From the NCBI GenBank assembly GCA_964642475.1, contig CAZXRC010000002.1, positions 148,028 to 212,027 of the forward strand: a stretch of DNA of 64,000 nucleotides, given 5' to 3'. This stretch comes from an uncultured Gemmatimonadaceae bacterium (lineage in GTDB: Bacteria; Gemmatimonadota; Gemmatimonadetes; Gemmatimonadales; GWC2-71-9). Each line of letters opens with the position of its first letter. Positions within the stretch are counted from its first letter, which is position 1. The notes beneath the pieces are model-generated. The model saw only the letters and a program-made list of their open reading frames with translations. It was not told the DNA's origin and did no database searches. Positions 1 through 8,487 of the stretch are shown here, piece after piece. The position numbers and the translations under genes were made by a program.

Positions 1-130
1 CTTCTCCATCTACAGCAAGGCGGAGCTGGTGTTCAACGAGGGATGGCTGGTCTTCGACCGCAAGGATCCCCGGCATCAGCCGGCGACCGATTTCAACCTG
101 GGAATCACCGAGCCGGGGGTGGGCCGATGA
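1..130 (+). CDS. 3' end of a CDS starting upstream of the window (family not assignable from 42 aa)
   Basis: The frame of nt 2 is open from the window edge to TGA 128-130 (..FSIYSKAELVFNEGWLVFDRKDPRHQPATDFNLGITEPGVGR*). The stop overlaps ATG 127 of the next gene (ATGA). Confidence 0.5.
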   Translation, partial: FSIYSKAELVFNEGWLVFDRKDPRHQPATDFNLGITEPGVGR

Positions 131-1437
131 GGCGGACTTGGGGACGGGCGGTCAGCCGGTTGGCGCCGGCGTGGAGAGGGATGCGGACGATCGCGGGGGC
201 CACGGTCGTGCCATTGCTGTTCAGCGCCTGGCCGTCTGACCGACTGACCGCCCAGACGATCGCGATCACCAACGCCACGGTCCATCCCGTCTCCGGGCCC
301 AGGCTCGAGCATGCCACGGTGGTGATCCAGGACGGTCGGATCGCGGCGGTGGGCGCCAGCGTGACCATTCCCGCCGGGGCGACCCGGATCGACGGCACCG
401 GCAAGATCGTGACGCCGGGGCTGGTGCATGCCCGGACCACGTTGGGACTGAGTGACGTCGGCTCGATCGACGCCACCAACGAGTCGGGGCACGAGGGAGA
501 CGTCAACGCCGCATTCACGGTTACGGAAGGGATCGATCCCGCCACGCCGCTGATCGCCATCGCCCGCCTGGAAGGGGTGACCACCGCCCTCACGGTGCCG
601 ACCAGCGGCCTGGTGCAGGGCCAGGCGGCGCTCATCGGGCTCGCCGGTGACCGGATCGAAGCCCTGGTGCGGAAGTCGCCGGCGGCGCTGGTGATCGACC
701 TGAGCGAAGACACCAAGAGCGCGGGGGGCGGGAGCCGCGCGGGGGTGCTGCAGCGGCTCAGACAGCTCTTCCTCGACGCCCAGGAGTACGATCGTCGCAA
801 GGCGGAATATCGGAAGAACGCCATTCAACAGCTCTCCGCTCCGGCGGCCGATCTGGAAGCGCTGGGCCCGGCGCTCAGGGGGGAGGAACCGGTTCTCGCC
901 CGGGCCAACCGGGAAAGCGACATCGCCAGCGCGCTCCGTCTGGCTCGCGAATTCCGCCTGCGGTTGGTGATCCTCGGCGGGATCGACGGCTGGAAGGTGA
1001 CACCCGCCCTGGTGGCCCAGAAGGTGCCGGTGATCATCAATCCGATCAACAACATTCCCACCTTCGACGGGCTGGGGGCGCGCTTCGACGCCCCGGCGCT
1101 GATGGCACAGGCCGGGGTCCCGGTGGTGATCATCGAAGGAGAGAGTGGCGGTCCCCGCAATCTCCGCTGGGCCGCGGGCCACGCAGTGCGCTTCGGGCTA
1201 CCCTGGGAGGCGGCGCTCGCCGCCGTCACCCTCAATCCGGCTCGGGCACTCGGCGTCGAGGACCGCTACGGCTCGCTCGAGCCCGGGAAGGTCGCTGATG
1301 TGGTGGTCTGGTCGGGCGACCCGCTCGACTATGCGAGCCGAGCGGAGCACGTGTTCATCGGAGGAGTGGAGATGCCGCGCACCAGCCGACAGACCGAGCT
1401 GCTGGAGCGATATCGGACGTTGCCGCCGAAGTACTAG
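127..1437 (+). CDS. amidohydrolase-superfamily protein with signal-peptide-like N-terminus
   Basis: Track frame 43..1437. I place the start at ATG 127 (ATGA overlap with the upstream stop; MRRTWGRAVSRLAPAWRGMRTIAGATVVPLLFSAW looks like a signal peptide). ITNATVHPVSG..VVIQDGRIAAVG..GKIVTPGLVHA and GSLEPGKVADVVVWSGDPL are the usual amidohydrolase landmarks. The HxH metal motif is degenerate (VHARTT). Confidence 0.8.
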   Translation: MRRTWGRAVSRLAPAWRGMRTIAGATVVPLLFSAWPSDRLTAQTIAITNATVHPVSGPRLEHATVVIQDGRIAAVGASVTIPAGATRIDGTGKIVTPGLVHARTTLGLSDVGSIDATNESGHEGDVNAAFTVTEGIDPATPLIAIARLEGVTTALTVPTSGLVQGQAALIGLAGDRIEALVRKSPAALVIDLSEDTKSAGGGSRAGVLQRLRQLFLDAQEYDRRKAEYRKNAIQQLSAPAADLEALGPALRGEEPVLARANRESDIASALRLAREFRLRLVILGGIDGWKVTPALVAQKVPVIINPINNIPTFDGLGARFDAPALMAQAGVPVVIIEGESGGPRNLRWAAGHAVRFGLPWEAALAAVTLNPARALGVEDRYGSLEPGKVADVVVWSGDPLDYASRAEHVFIGGVEMPRTSRQTELLERYRTLPPKY

Positions 1438-1501
1438 GGCCGTTGGCCGTTGGCCATTGGTCGTTGGCCGTTGGTAAGTGCCGACGGCCAATGGCCAACT
1501 G
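1438..1501. repeat. inverted tandem-heptamer hairpin, (GGCCGTT)5 versus AACGGCC-type arm
   Basis: Units GGCCGTT GGCCGTT GGCCATT GGTCGTT GGCCGTT at 1438-1472. A short spacer follows, then CCGACGGCCAATGGCCAACTG (1481-1501), complementary to units 2-4. The element fills the gap between convergent stops 1435-1437 and 1503-1505. Confidence 0.85.
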
Positions 1502-1502
1502 C

Positions 1503-1844
1503 CTACTTCACGACCTCCGCCTCCCCCGTCTCCACCCCGGCCGGCGCCGGTGCCTCGCTCACAGTCACGGCCTCGCCCTTGGCGGCGGACATCTCCCGGT
1601 CAACCTTGGCGATGGAGGCATCGAGCGTGTCCATCCGGACCATCCAGGCATCGATCTCAAGCGAATCGACCACCGTGCCGCGGTCGCGACGGTGAACCAG
1701 GTAGCCCAGCTTCCTGGCCGCCTCGTCCCGTTCCCGCGCCAGCCGAAAACGCTCGATTTGGAGCCGGCCCTCGTCCAGGGCCTGTTGCGCCCGCTTGCCG
1801 AAGGTCTCGAGTTCGCTGTTGAGCCGATCCAGGATCCCCGCCAT
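1503..1844 (-). CDS. hypothetical coiled-coil-like protein (113 aa)
   Basis: It is the only long ORF in this gap and has strong G/C third-position bias. The sequence is charged and heptad-like (LDRLNSELETFGKRAQQALDEGRLQIERFRLARERDEAARKL). No family recognised. Confidence 0.55.
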   Translation of the reverse strand: MAGILDRLNSELETFGKRAQQALDEGRLQIERFRLARERDEAARKLGYLVHRRDRGTVVDSLEIDAWMVRMDTLDASIAKVDREMSAAKGEAVTVSEAPAPAGVETGEAEVVK

Positions 1845-1903
1845 GTGCCCCTCGGAGTTGAGTGCTGGGACAATCTAACGGCTTGGCGGCGGGGCGTGTT
1901 TCA

Positions 1904-2035
1904 GGTTGGGCCGTTGGCTGGTTGGCGCGTCAGCCGCAGGGCACTGGCTGCACCCGGGAAAGCAAAACCCTCCGCGATCAGGCGCGGAGGGCAGCTTCAC
2001 ACGGGGTCAGCGAGCGGCTAACGGCCAACGGCCGG
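1904..2035. repeat. GGCCGTT-family inverted arms bracketing the rpmA terminator
   Basis: Left arm GGTTGGGCCGTTGGCTGGTTGGCG (1904-1927). Right arm GCGGCTAACGGCCAACGGCCGG (2014-2035). About 70% complementary by hand. The right arm overlaps the last codons of rpmA. Confidence 0.6.
1959..1991 (-). terminator. intrinsic terminator of rplU-rpmA
   Basis: On the minus strand: CCCTCCGCG-CCTGAT-CGCGGAGGG (9-bp perfect stem, 1968-1991) followed by TTTTGCTTT (1959-1967), 27 nt downstream of the rpmA stop. Confidence 0.75.
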
Positions 2036-2281
2036 ATACACCGAGACCTTCATCCGCTTCTTGTCCTTGTGCTCGAACTTCACCACGCCATCGACCGTCG
2101 CGAAGATGGTGTGGTCGGTGCCCAGCCCGACACCCTTGCCGGGATGGAACTTGGTGCCGCGCTGGCGGACGATGATGTTGCCGGCGATGACCTGCTCCCC
2201 GCCGTAGCGCTTTACCCCCAGAAACTGGGGATTGGAATCGCGGCCGTTGCGGCTGGAGCCGACGCCCTTCTTATGTGCCAT
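2018..2281 (-). CDS. rpmA: 50S ribosomal protein L27
   Basis: [48 protein letters not shown].. is the canonical L27 sequence. Confidence 0.97.
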   Translation of the reverse strand: MAHKKGVGSSRNGRDSNPQFLGVKRYGGEQVIAGNIIVRQRGTKFHPGKGVGLGTDHTIFATVDGVVKFEHKDKKRMKVSVYPAVGR

Positions 2282-2288
2282 GGTATCC

Positions 2289-2606
2289 TCAGCCGACCGT
2301 AACGTCGGTAATGCGGACTTCGGTGTACTTCTGCCGATGCCCGGTCTTCCGGCGATAGTTCTTCCGCCGCTTGAACTTCCAGACGTAGATCTTGACGCCC
2401 TTGGCCAGGCCGACCACTTCGGCGGTGACCTTGGCGCCCTTTACCAGCGGCGTGCCGGCGGAGACGCTGGTGCCATCCGAGGCGAGCAGCACCTCGTCGA
2501 ACGTGAGGGTGCTGCCGGGCTCCGCGTCATCGATGAGCGGAATCTGGAGCGTGGTGCCCTTCTCGGCGCGGAACTGCTTCCCCGCGGTGCGGAAGATCGC
2601 GTACAT
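2289..2606 (-). CDS. rplU: 50S ribosomal protein L21
   Basis: [17 protein letters not shown]...[23 protein letters not shown] is canonical L21. It lies 7 nt upstream of rpmA. Confidence 0.97.
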   Translation of the reverse strand: MYAIFRTAGKQFRAEKGTTLQIPLIDDAEPGSTLTFDEVLLASDGTSVSAGTPLVKGAKVTAEVVGLAKGVKIYVWKFKRRKNYRRKTGHRQKYTEVRITDVTVG

Positions 2607-2739
2607 GGACAGGCTCGTGGTCGAAAATGCCGGACTTCAAGAGCCCGTAAGTCTAGCGGGGGGATGGGTTTCTGGCAAGGGTAGGGAATCGATGGTCAGG
2701 AGTCATCGGTCGTGTCGGTATCCCGCGACCCATGCCCCC

Positions 2740-4362
2740 TCAAGCCACCGCGTAAAGTTCGGTAACGTCCCTGCCCCCCGGCCGACTCATGAGCCGGAAC
2801 TCGTCCAGCCGCATCATCGGGTCATCCCGAAGCTCCAGCTCCAGGCCGGTGGCCTTACCCAGCGTGGGGATAAGCTTCGGCTCCTCCTCCAGAAGGTACA
2901 GCGCCACCTCGGGATGGAGCCGGACCGAGAGCTGCCGCTCCCGCCGTTCCCGCCCGGCCCGCTTGAGTGAACGCTCCAACCGCCGGGCCACGACCTCGGG
3001 GGTAAAGACCCGGCCGGTGCCGCTGCAGGCGGGACATTCGGTGGTCATCGAATGCCATAGCGAGGGGCGGACCCGCTGCCTGGTCATCTCGATCAGCCCG
3101 AGTTCCGACACGGCAAATGCCTTGGTCCGCGCCCGGTCCCGCCCCAGGTGGGTTCGGAGCTCCTGGAGGACCCGGTCGCGGTTGGCCCGGGTTTCCATGT
3201 CGATGAAATCGCACACGATGATTCCACCGATGTCGCGCAGCCGGATCTGCCGCGCGACCTCGCGCGCGGCCTCCAGGTTGGTCTTCAGGATGGTCTTCTC
3301 GGGGTCCTTCTTGCCGGTGTACCGCCCGGTATTCACATCGATCGAGACCAACGCCTCGGTCGGCTGGATGATGATGTAGCCGCCGGTGGGCAGGTCGCAG
3401 CGGGCCTTGAAGAGGTCCCGAATCTCGTTCTCGATGTCGAACTTGTCGAACAGGGGGACGGGCTCGTTGTACAGATTGACCCGGCCCACCAGTTCCGGAT
3501 CGACCTGCTTGAGGTATCCCTCGATCTCGTTGAACAGCTCCTTCGAGTCGACATGCAACGCATCGACTTTGGCGCTGAAGAGATCGCGGATAATCCCGCG
3601 GGTGAGCGAGGTCTCCCGCTGCACCAGCGCCGGGGCCCGGACGAAGTTCTTCTTGCGGTTGATCTTGCGCCAGATGTTGAGGAGCGACTCGACTTCGTGC
3701 TTGAAGTGCTCCTCGGTGACGTCCTCGGCCACGGTGCGGACGATCATCCCACCCTGGTCCTTGGGGAGCATGCCGCCCACCATGTCGCGCAGCTTGGAGC
3801 GAAGCTCCTTGCTCTCGATCTTGCGGCTGACGCCGACCTTCGAGGCGAAGGGCATGTAGACCAGGAACCGCCCCGGCAGGGAAATCTGCGCCGTGACTCG
3901 GCAACCCTTGGTGCTGATCGGCTCCTTGGTGACCTGCACCAGCAGGGTCTGGCCCTTCTTGAGCAGGTCGGAGACATCCGGCAGCGCGCGACGGGACTTC
4001 ACCTCCCGCTGTCGCGGCTCTCCGTTCCCCGGGCGCCCCCGCCCCTTCCCCCGCCCGCTCTCGACGTCGGGTTCGGCCTCCGCCTCCTCGAACGCCTCAT
4101 CCCCCTCCTCGCCGGTCGGTTCCTCGTCCTCCTCGGGCTCGAGGAGGTCGGAGGCGTGGAGGAAGGCGGATTTTTCCAGCCCGATGTCAACGAAGGCTGC
4201 TTGGATCCCGGGAAGGACTGCCTCGACCCGGCCGAGGTAGATGTCGCCGACGATGCGGCGGTGGTCCGGCCGGTCGATGAGGAGTTCGACCAGTCGGTCG
4301 TCCTCCAGAATGGCCACGCGGGTTTCCCGCTGGCTTCCGTTGATGAGAATCTCGCGCTTCAC
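2740..4362 (-). CDS. rng: RNase E/G-family endoribonuclease (RNase G-like, 540 aa)
   Basis: S1-like N-terminus (GDIYLGRVEAVLPGIQAAFVDIGLEKSAFLH). Core motifs GGYIIIQPTEALVSIDVNTG and NLEAAREVARQIRLRDIGGIIVCDFIDM. Zn-link CPACSGTGRV. GTG start 4362. Confidence 0.9.
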   Translation of the reverse strand: MKREILINGSQRETRVAILEDDRLVELLIDRPDHRRIVGDIYLGRVEAVLPGIQAAFVDIGLEKSAFLHASDLLEPEEDEEPTGEEGDEAFEEAEAEPDVESGRGKGRGRPGNGEPRQREVKSRRALPDVSDLLKKGQTLLVQVTKEPISTKGCRVTAQISLPGRFLVYMPFASKVGVSRKIESKELRSKLRDMVGGMLPKDQGGMIVRTVAEDVTEEHFKHEVESLLNIWRKINRKKNFVRAPALVQRETSLTRGIIRDLFSAKVDALHVDSKELFNEIEGYLKQVDPELVGRVNLYNEPVPLFDKFDIENEIRDLFKARCDLPTGGYIIIQPTEALVSIDVNTGRYTGKKDPEKTILKTNLEAAREVARQIRLRDIGGIIVCDFIDMETRANRDRVLQELRTHLGRDRARTKAFAVSELGLIEMTRQRVRPSLWHSMTTECPACSGTGRVFTPEVVARRLERSLKRAGRERRERQLSVRLHPEVALYLLEEEPKLIPTLGKATGLELELRDDPMMRLDEFRLMSRPGGRDVTELYAVA

Positions 4363-4784
4363 GCGGGTGAACCTCGACCGGGCCGAGCCGGGCCCGTCTC
4401 GCCGGAGAGCGAGTCGGAGCCGGCAACCTGGTCATGAGAGTCTGGAGCCCAGGCGGGGAGCCGGGTCGGGCCATGGGCCCTTCCCGCACCCGTCGCCGGG
4501 AACGCCCCGCGGCCGGAGCGGCCGCCAGGGGCAAGGAGGGACATGCGGGTGCTGCCGGGTGCCCCCCGCTCGACGCCGGAGGATCGATCCTCTCGGCTCC
4601 GATCGGATGGCGAAGTTCCTGAACTACACGCGGGGCGACGGCCCTCGGCCGCCACCCCGCCAGACGCAGCCGGGCGTCCCGGAGTCGTCCCCCCAGAAGG
4701 AGAACCACTGCCGCCGGTGAAATCCGGACGCCCAGCCAACTCGATAGCATGGGCTAAAGATAGGAGTTACCACGGGTTAGGCAA
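4363..4784 (-). promoter_or_regulatory. candidate sigma-70 promoter plus ~390-nt 5' leader of rng
   Basis: Minus strand: TTGCCT (4784-4779), 16-nt spacer, TATCTT (4762-4757), in the only A+T-richer patch of a 501-nt non-coding gap. No convincing ORF lies between it and GTG 4362. Confidence 0.3.
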
Positions 4785-4820
4785 TAGGAGCAGCCGCAGG
4801 CGAACCGGAAGCAGGGGGTG

Positions 4821-4853
4821 CCGCCCGGGGGTTGAGCCAAAGCCCCCGGGCGG
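4821..4853 (-). terminator. GC hairpin downstream of the acyl-CoA dehydrogenase gene
   Basis: Perfect 11-bp stem CCGCCCGGGGG / CCCCCGGGCGG with an 11-nt loop, starting 11 nt after stop 4864-4866. There is no U-tract. Confidence 0.45.
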
Positions 4854-4863
4854 TCGTTCGCCC

Positions 4864-6081
4864 TCAGGCCACGACATCCCCCAGGATGTGCCGGGCAATG
4901 ACGATCCGCTGGATCTCGCTGGTTCCCTCGCCGATCTCGCACACCTTGGCATCGCGCATCATCCGCTCGACCGGGTACTCGGTGGTGTAGCCGTACCCGC
5001 CGAAGATCTGCACCGCCTTGGTGGTTACCCGCATGGCCAGCTCCGAGCAGAAGAGCTTGGCCATGGCCGCTTCCTTCTTGAACGGCCTGCCGTTCTGCTT
5101 GAGCCAGGCGGCGTGGTAGAGGAGATGGGTCCCAGCCTCGATCTCGAGCGCCATGTCGGCCAGCTGGAAGTGCACCCCCTGGAAACTGCCGATGGCCTTG
5201 CCGAACTGCTTGCGGACGCCGGCGTAGCGCAGGGCCTCCTCATAGGCACCTTCCGCAATGCCAAGGGACAGGGCGGCGATTCCGATCCGGCCTCCATCGA
5301 GGGTCTTGAGGAAGTTGATGAACCCCTGTCCCGGCGCACCGAGCTGATTCTCCTTCGGGACGATCGCATCCTCGAAGATGAGCTCCCGGGTGTCGCTGGC
5401 GCGCCAGCCCATCTTGTCTTCCTTCTTGCCGGCCTTGAAGCCCTTGATGCGGGGCAGGCTGGCCTCGTGACCCACCCCCGCGGCCAGGCAGGCCTCGAGG
5501 TCGCAGCTCTCCTTGGTCAGGATGAAGCTGGTGATACCCTTGTTGCCGCTGCCGGGCGTGGTCCGGGCCGTCACCACGAAGACTTCGCCTACGCCGGCAT
5601 GGGTGATGAAGACCTTGGAGCCGTTCAGCACGAAGTGATCGCCCTTGTCCACCGCGGTCGTCGCGGTGCCGCCCGCGTCGCTCCCGGCTCCAGGCTCGGT
5701 CAGCCCGAAGCCGCCCAGGACCTTCCCCGAGGCCAGCAGCGGCACGTAGCGCCGTCGCTGTTCCGGGGTGCCGAAATCGACGATGGGGGAGGTGCCGAGG
5801 TTGGTATGAGCGCTGATGGTCAGGGCATGACTGGCGTCGATCTTGGCCAGCTCATGGATGGTGATGTAGTACGACAGCTGATCCATGCCCGCGCCCCCCA
5901 ACTCTTCCGGCCATGGCACGCCGAGGAGCCCGAGTTCACCCATCTTGCGAATGTTCTGCCAGGGGAAGGAGGAGGTGCGATCCAACTCGCGGGCCACGGG
6001 GGCGACTTCCTGCCGGCCGAACTCGCGGACCATCTCGCGCACTTGTTGATGCTGGTCGCTGAAGTAGAGAGAGGAATCCAT
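4864..6081 (-). CDS. acyl-CoA dehydrogenase
   Basis: 405 aa. GFGLTEPGAGSD, the FAD/substrate-region layout and the C-terminal ..CEIGEGTSEIQRIVIARHIL are classic ACAD family features. Confidence 0.92.
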   Translation of the reverse strand: MDSSLYFSDQHQQVREMVREFGRQEVAPVARELDRTSSFPWQNIRKMGELGLLGVPWPEELGGAGMDQLSYYITIHELAKIDASHALTISAHTNLGTSPIVDFGTPEQRRRYVPLLASGKVLGGFGLTEPGAGSDAGGTATTAVDKGDHFVLNGSKVFITHAGVGEVFVVTARTTPGSGNKGITSFILTKESCDLEACLAAGVGHEASLPRIKGFKAGKKEDKMGWRASDTRELIFEDAIVPKENQLGAPGQGFINFLKTLDGGRIGIAALSLGIAEGAYEEALRYAGVRKQFGKAIGSFQGVHFQLADMALEIEAGTHLLYHAAWLKQNGRPFKKEAAMAKLFCSELAMRVTTKAVQIFGGYGYTTEYPVERMMRDAKVCEIGEGTSEIQRIVIARHILGDVVA

Positions 6082-6121
6082 GACCGTGATCGATTAGAGT
6101 GTCGGACCGGGCGTCAGGGGC

Positions 6122-6149
6122 TTGCCTGATCCACCCGGGCACATAAGAT
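6122..6149 (+). promoter_or_regulatory. candidate sigma-70 promoter for the hybrid kinase gene
   Basis: TTGCCT (6122-6127), 16-nt spacer, TAAGAT (6144-6149). It lies 48 nt upstream of GTG 6197 in the divergent gap. Confidence 0.3.
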
Positions 6150-6196
6150 AGCCAGACCCCTGCCCTCCCTGCTGCCAGGGCTACGCGAACTGGAAC

Positions 6197-8431
6197 GTGA
6201 TGCCGGTTACCCTCCGGTCAAAAGTAGGAATCACCCTGGGCGGCTTCCTCCTGCTGGCGGCTGGGCCGATGCTCCTGGCCTACCGCTCGAGCACCGCGTT
6301 TCTGGCGAGCTCCACCGAAATCGTGGCCGACCAGGCAGCGGTGGCCGAGCTCCGGGCCGTCTTCTCCCTCCTCCAGGACCTCGAGAGCGGCCAGCGAGGC
6401 TTCACCCTGACCGGGGACGAGGCGTTCCTCACATTCTACGACGTGGCGCACGACCAGATCCTGCCGCGATTGCGGGCCCTCCGACCGCTCCTTTCGATCA
6501 CCATCCAGGGTCCGGCCCTGGCCGACAGCCTGGAGCTCCTGGCCCAGGCGAAGGTCGATCAGATGGAGCGAGTGATCGAGGCGCGCCGCACCCGAGGGTT
6601 CGCCGCCGCCCGAGACATGGTGGCGGAAGGCAGGGGCCGGCTCCTGATGGACCAGATCCGCGGCCGGGTAGCGCTGGTCGACGCGGTGGCCCGCAGCGAA
6701 CTCTCGGTGGCTCGAGATCAGGCGGCGGCGCAGCGGCGCGGCGCCTTGCTGGGTCTGCTCGTCTCCGGCGTCGCGGCCCTCGGCCTGGCGCTCGGCGCGG
6801 GGCTCCTCATCAGCCGTGACATCGCCGCTGACCGGGCCCAGCGAGAGGCGCTGCGTCATGAGGGCGCCGAGCTGAGCAGCCGCCTCGCCGGCGTCTCGGC
6901 CACGCTGGCGGCCCACGATGCCCAGCTCCGGGCAATCGTGGCCGCCGTGCCAGTGGCCCTGATCAGCGTGGATCGCAGCTGGGCGGTCACATTCTGGAGC
7001 CCGGCGGCCGAGCAGCTGTTCGGCTATCGCCCGGAGGAGGTGCTGGGTCAGCGGTTGCCGATCGTTCCGCCGGAGCGTGAGGAGGAGCACCGCCGTTTCG
7101 GGGCGGAGGTGTTCGCCGGCAAGGCCTTCACCGGTCGTGAAACCCGGCGGCGGCGTAAGGACGGCGCGGAGGTGGATGTGGCGGTCTCGACGGCCGCGCT
7201 CCGGAGCCCCGACGGGGAGATCACCGGCCTGGTCGCCGCGTACGTGGATGTCCGGTCGCAACGGCTCCTGCAGGAAGAACTCCGGCAGTCGCAGAAGATG
7301 GAAGCGCTGGGGCGGCTCGCCGGGAGCGTGGCGCACGATTTCAACAACCTGCTGACCGCCATCCTCGGCTTTGCCGACCGGACCCGCCACGGCCTGCCCG
7401 AGGGCAGCCCGCACCTCAAGGACCTCGACGAGGTCTCCGCGGCGGCCAACCGGGCGGCGGCCCTGACCCGTCAGCTTCTCACCTTCAGCCGTCCCCAGGC
7501 CGTGGCCCCACAGGTCATCGATGTGGCGGTCGTGGTCCGGGCGATGGAGCCGATGCTGCGCCGCCTGCTGGGGGAGCAGATCGACCTCCGTTGCCACCTG
7601 GCGCCCGACAGCGGCCGGGTCCTGGCCGACCAGCACCACATCGAGCAGGTTCTCCTCAACCTCTGCATCAACGCCCGGGATGCGATGCCGGGAGGCGGGC
7701 AGCTGGTGATCGAGACCGCCACCACCGTGCTGGGCGGCGCCTATCTCGCGCAGCACCCGGAACTCGCAGCCGGGGCCTACGCGATGCTGGTGGTGACCGA
7801 CACCGGCAGCGGCATGGACGAAGTCACCCAGGCGCGCCTGTTCGAGCCCTTCTTCACCACCAAGGGAGGGATGGGCACCGGGCTCGGCCTGGCCACGGTC
7901 CACGGCATCGTGAAGCAGGCGGGCGGGGGCATCGTGGTATACAGCGAGCCGGGCCACGGGACCACCTTCAAGGTGTACCTGCCGCTGACCTCGGCCGACC
8001 TCCCGGAGAAGCCGGCCGCGTCCCTGACCCCTGCCACGCCGCTCCCGGAAGGGACGGTCGTGGCCGTGGTCGACGACAACCCCGCGGTCCGCTCATTGAC
8101 GGTGGCGCTCCTGGAGGACGAGGGGTTCGTGGTCCAGGACTTTGCCAGCGCCGAAGAGGCGTTGCGGCACCTCACCGGCACCGACCGACTCGACCTCCTG
8201 ATCACCGACGTGGTGCTGGGTGCAATGGATGGCGCGCTGCTGGCCGCCGGGCTGCGGGGGCGCTATCCCGGGTTACCGGTGATCTTCATGTCGGGCTACA
8301 CGGCGGACACCGAGCTGGTGCGAGGGCTCGCGCGTCAGCCGCTCGTCCGGTATCTGGACAAGCCGTTCCGAAGCGCGACCCTCCTGGGCTCCATTGCCGA
8401 GGTCATGGCCGAGGCGGCGCCCGGAACCTGA
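6197..8431 (+). CDS. hybrid sensor histidine kinase (TM-CHASE3-TM-PAS-HisKA-HATPase-REC)
   Basis: CHASE3-like sensor (LESGQRGFTLTGDEAFLTFYD) between two TM segments. PAS (WAVTFWSPAAEQLFGYRPEEVLG), H-box GSVAHDFNNLLTAILGF, HATPase boxes (DTGSGMD, GTGLGLA) and a C-terminal receiver (VVAVVDDN..DLLITDVVL..VIFMSGY). Confidence 0.9.
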   Translation: MMPVTLRSKVGITLGGFLLLAAGPMLLAYRSSTAFLASSTEIVADQAAVAELRAVFSLLQDLESGQRGFTLTGDEAFLTFYDVAHDQILPRLRALRPLLSITIQGPALADSLELLAQAKVDQMERVIEARRTRGFAAARDMVAEGRGRLLMDQIRGRVALVDAVARSELSVARDQAAAQRRGALLGLLVSGVAALGLALGAGLLISRDIAADRAQREALRHEGAELSSRLAGVSATLAAHDAQLRAIVAAVPVALISVDRSWAVTFWSPAAEQLFGYRPEEVLGQRLPIVPPEREEEHRRFGAEVFAGKAFTGRETRRRRKDGAEVDVAVSTAALRSPDGEITGLVAAYVDVRSQRLLQEELRQSQKMEALGRLAGSVAHDFNNLLTAILGFADRTRHGLPEGSPHLKDLDEVSAAANRAAALTRQLLTFSRPQAVAPQVIDVAVVVRAMEPMLRRLLGEQIDLRCHLAPDSGRVLADQHHIEQVLLNLCINARDAMPGGGQLVIETATTVLGGAYLAQHPELAAGAYAMLVVTDTGSGMDEVTQARLFEPFFTTKGGMGTGLGLATVHGIVKQAGGGIVVYSEPGHGTTFKVYLPLTSADLPEKPAASLTPATPLPEGTVVAVVDDNPAVRSLTVALLEDEGFVVQDFASAEEALRHLTGTDRLDLLITDVVLGAMDGALLAAGLRGRYPGLPVIFMSGYTADTELVRGLARQPLVRYLDKPFRSATLLGSIAEVMAEAAPGT

Positions 8432-8435
8432 GCGG

Positions 8436-8464
8436 CGCCCGGCGGGGCTCTCTTCCGCCGGGCG
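8436..8464 (+). terminator. perfect 10-bp GC hairpin between the hybrid kinase and the ECF sigma gene
   Basis: CGCCCGGCGG (8436-8445), 9-nt loop, CCGCCGGGCG (8455-8464). It starts 5 nt after stop 8429-8431 and has no U-tract. It could be a terminator or an attenuator. Confidence 0.4.
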
Positions 8465-8487
8465 GGGAGTTCCGCCACCTTCCCTGC

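Noticed and set aside
4187-4750. ORFs of 126-187 aa inside the rng upstream gap (4187-4750, 4359-4739, 4241-4720).
   Set aside because: They are mutually overlapping, run into rng in other frames, and translate to Arg/Pro/Gly-rich sequence with no motif. I treat the region as non-coding leader.
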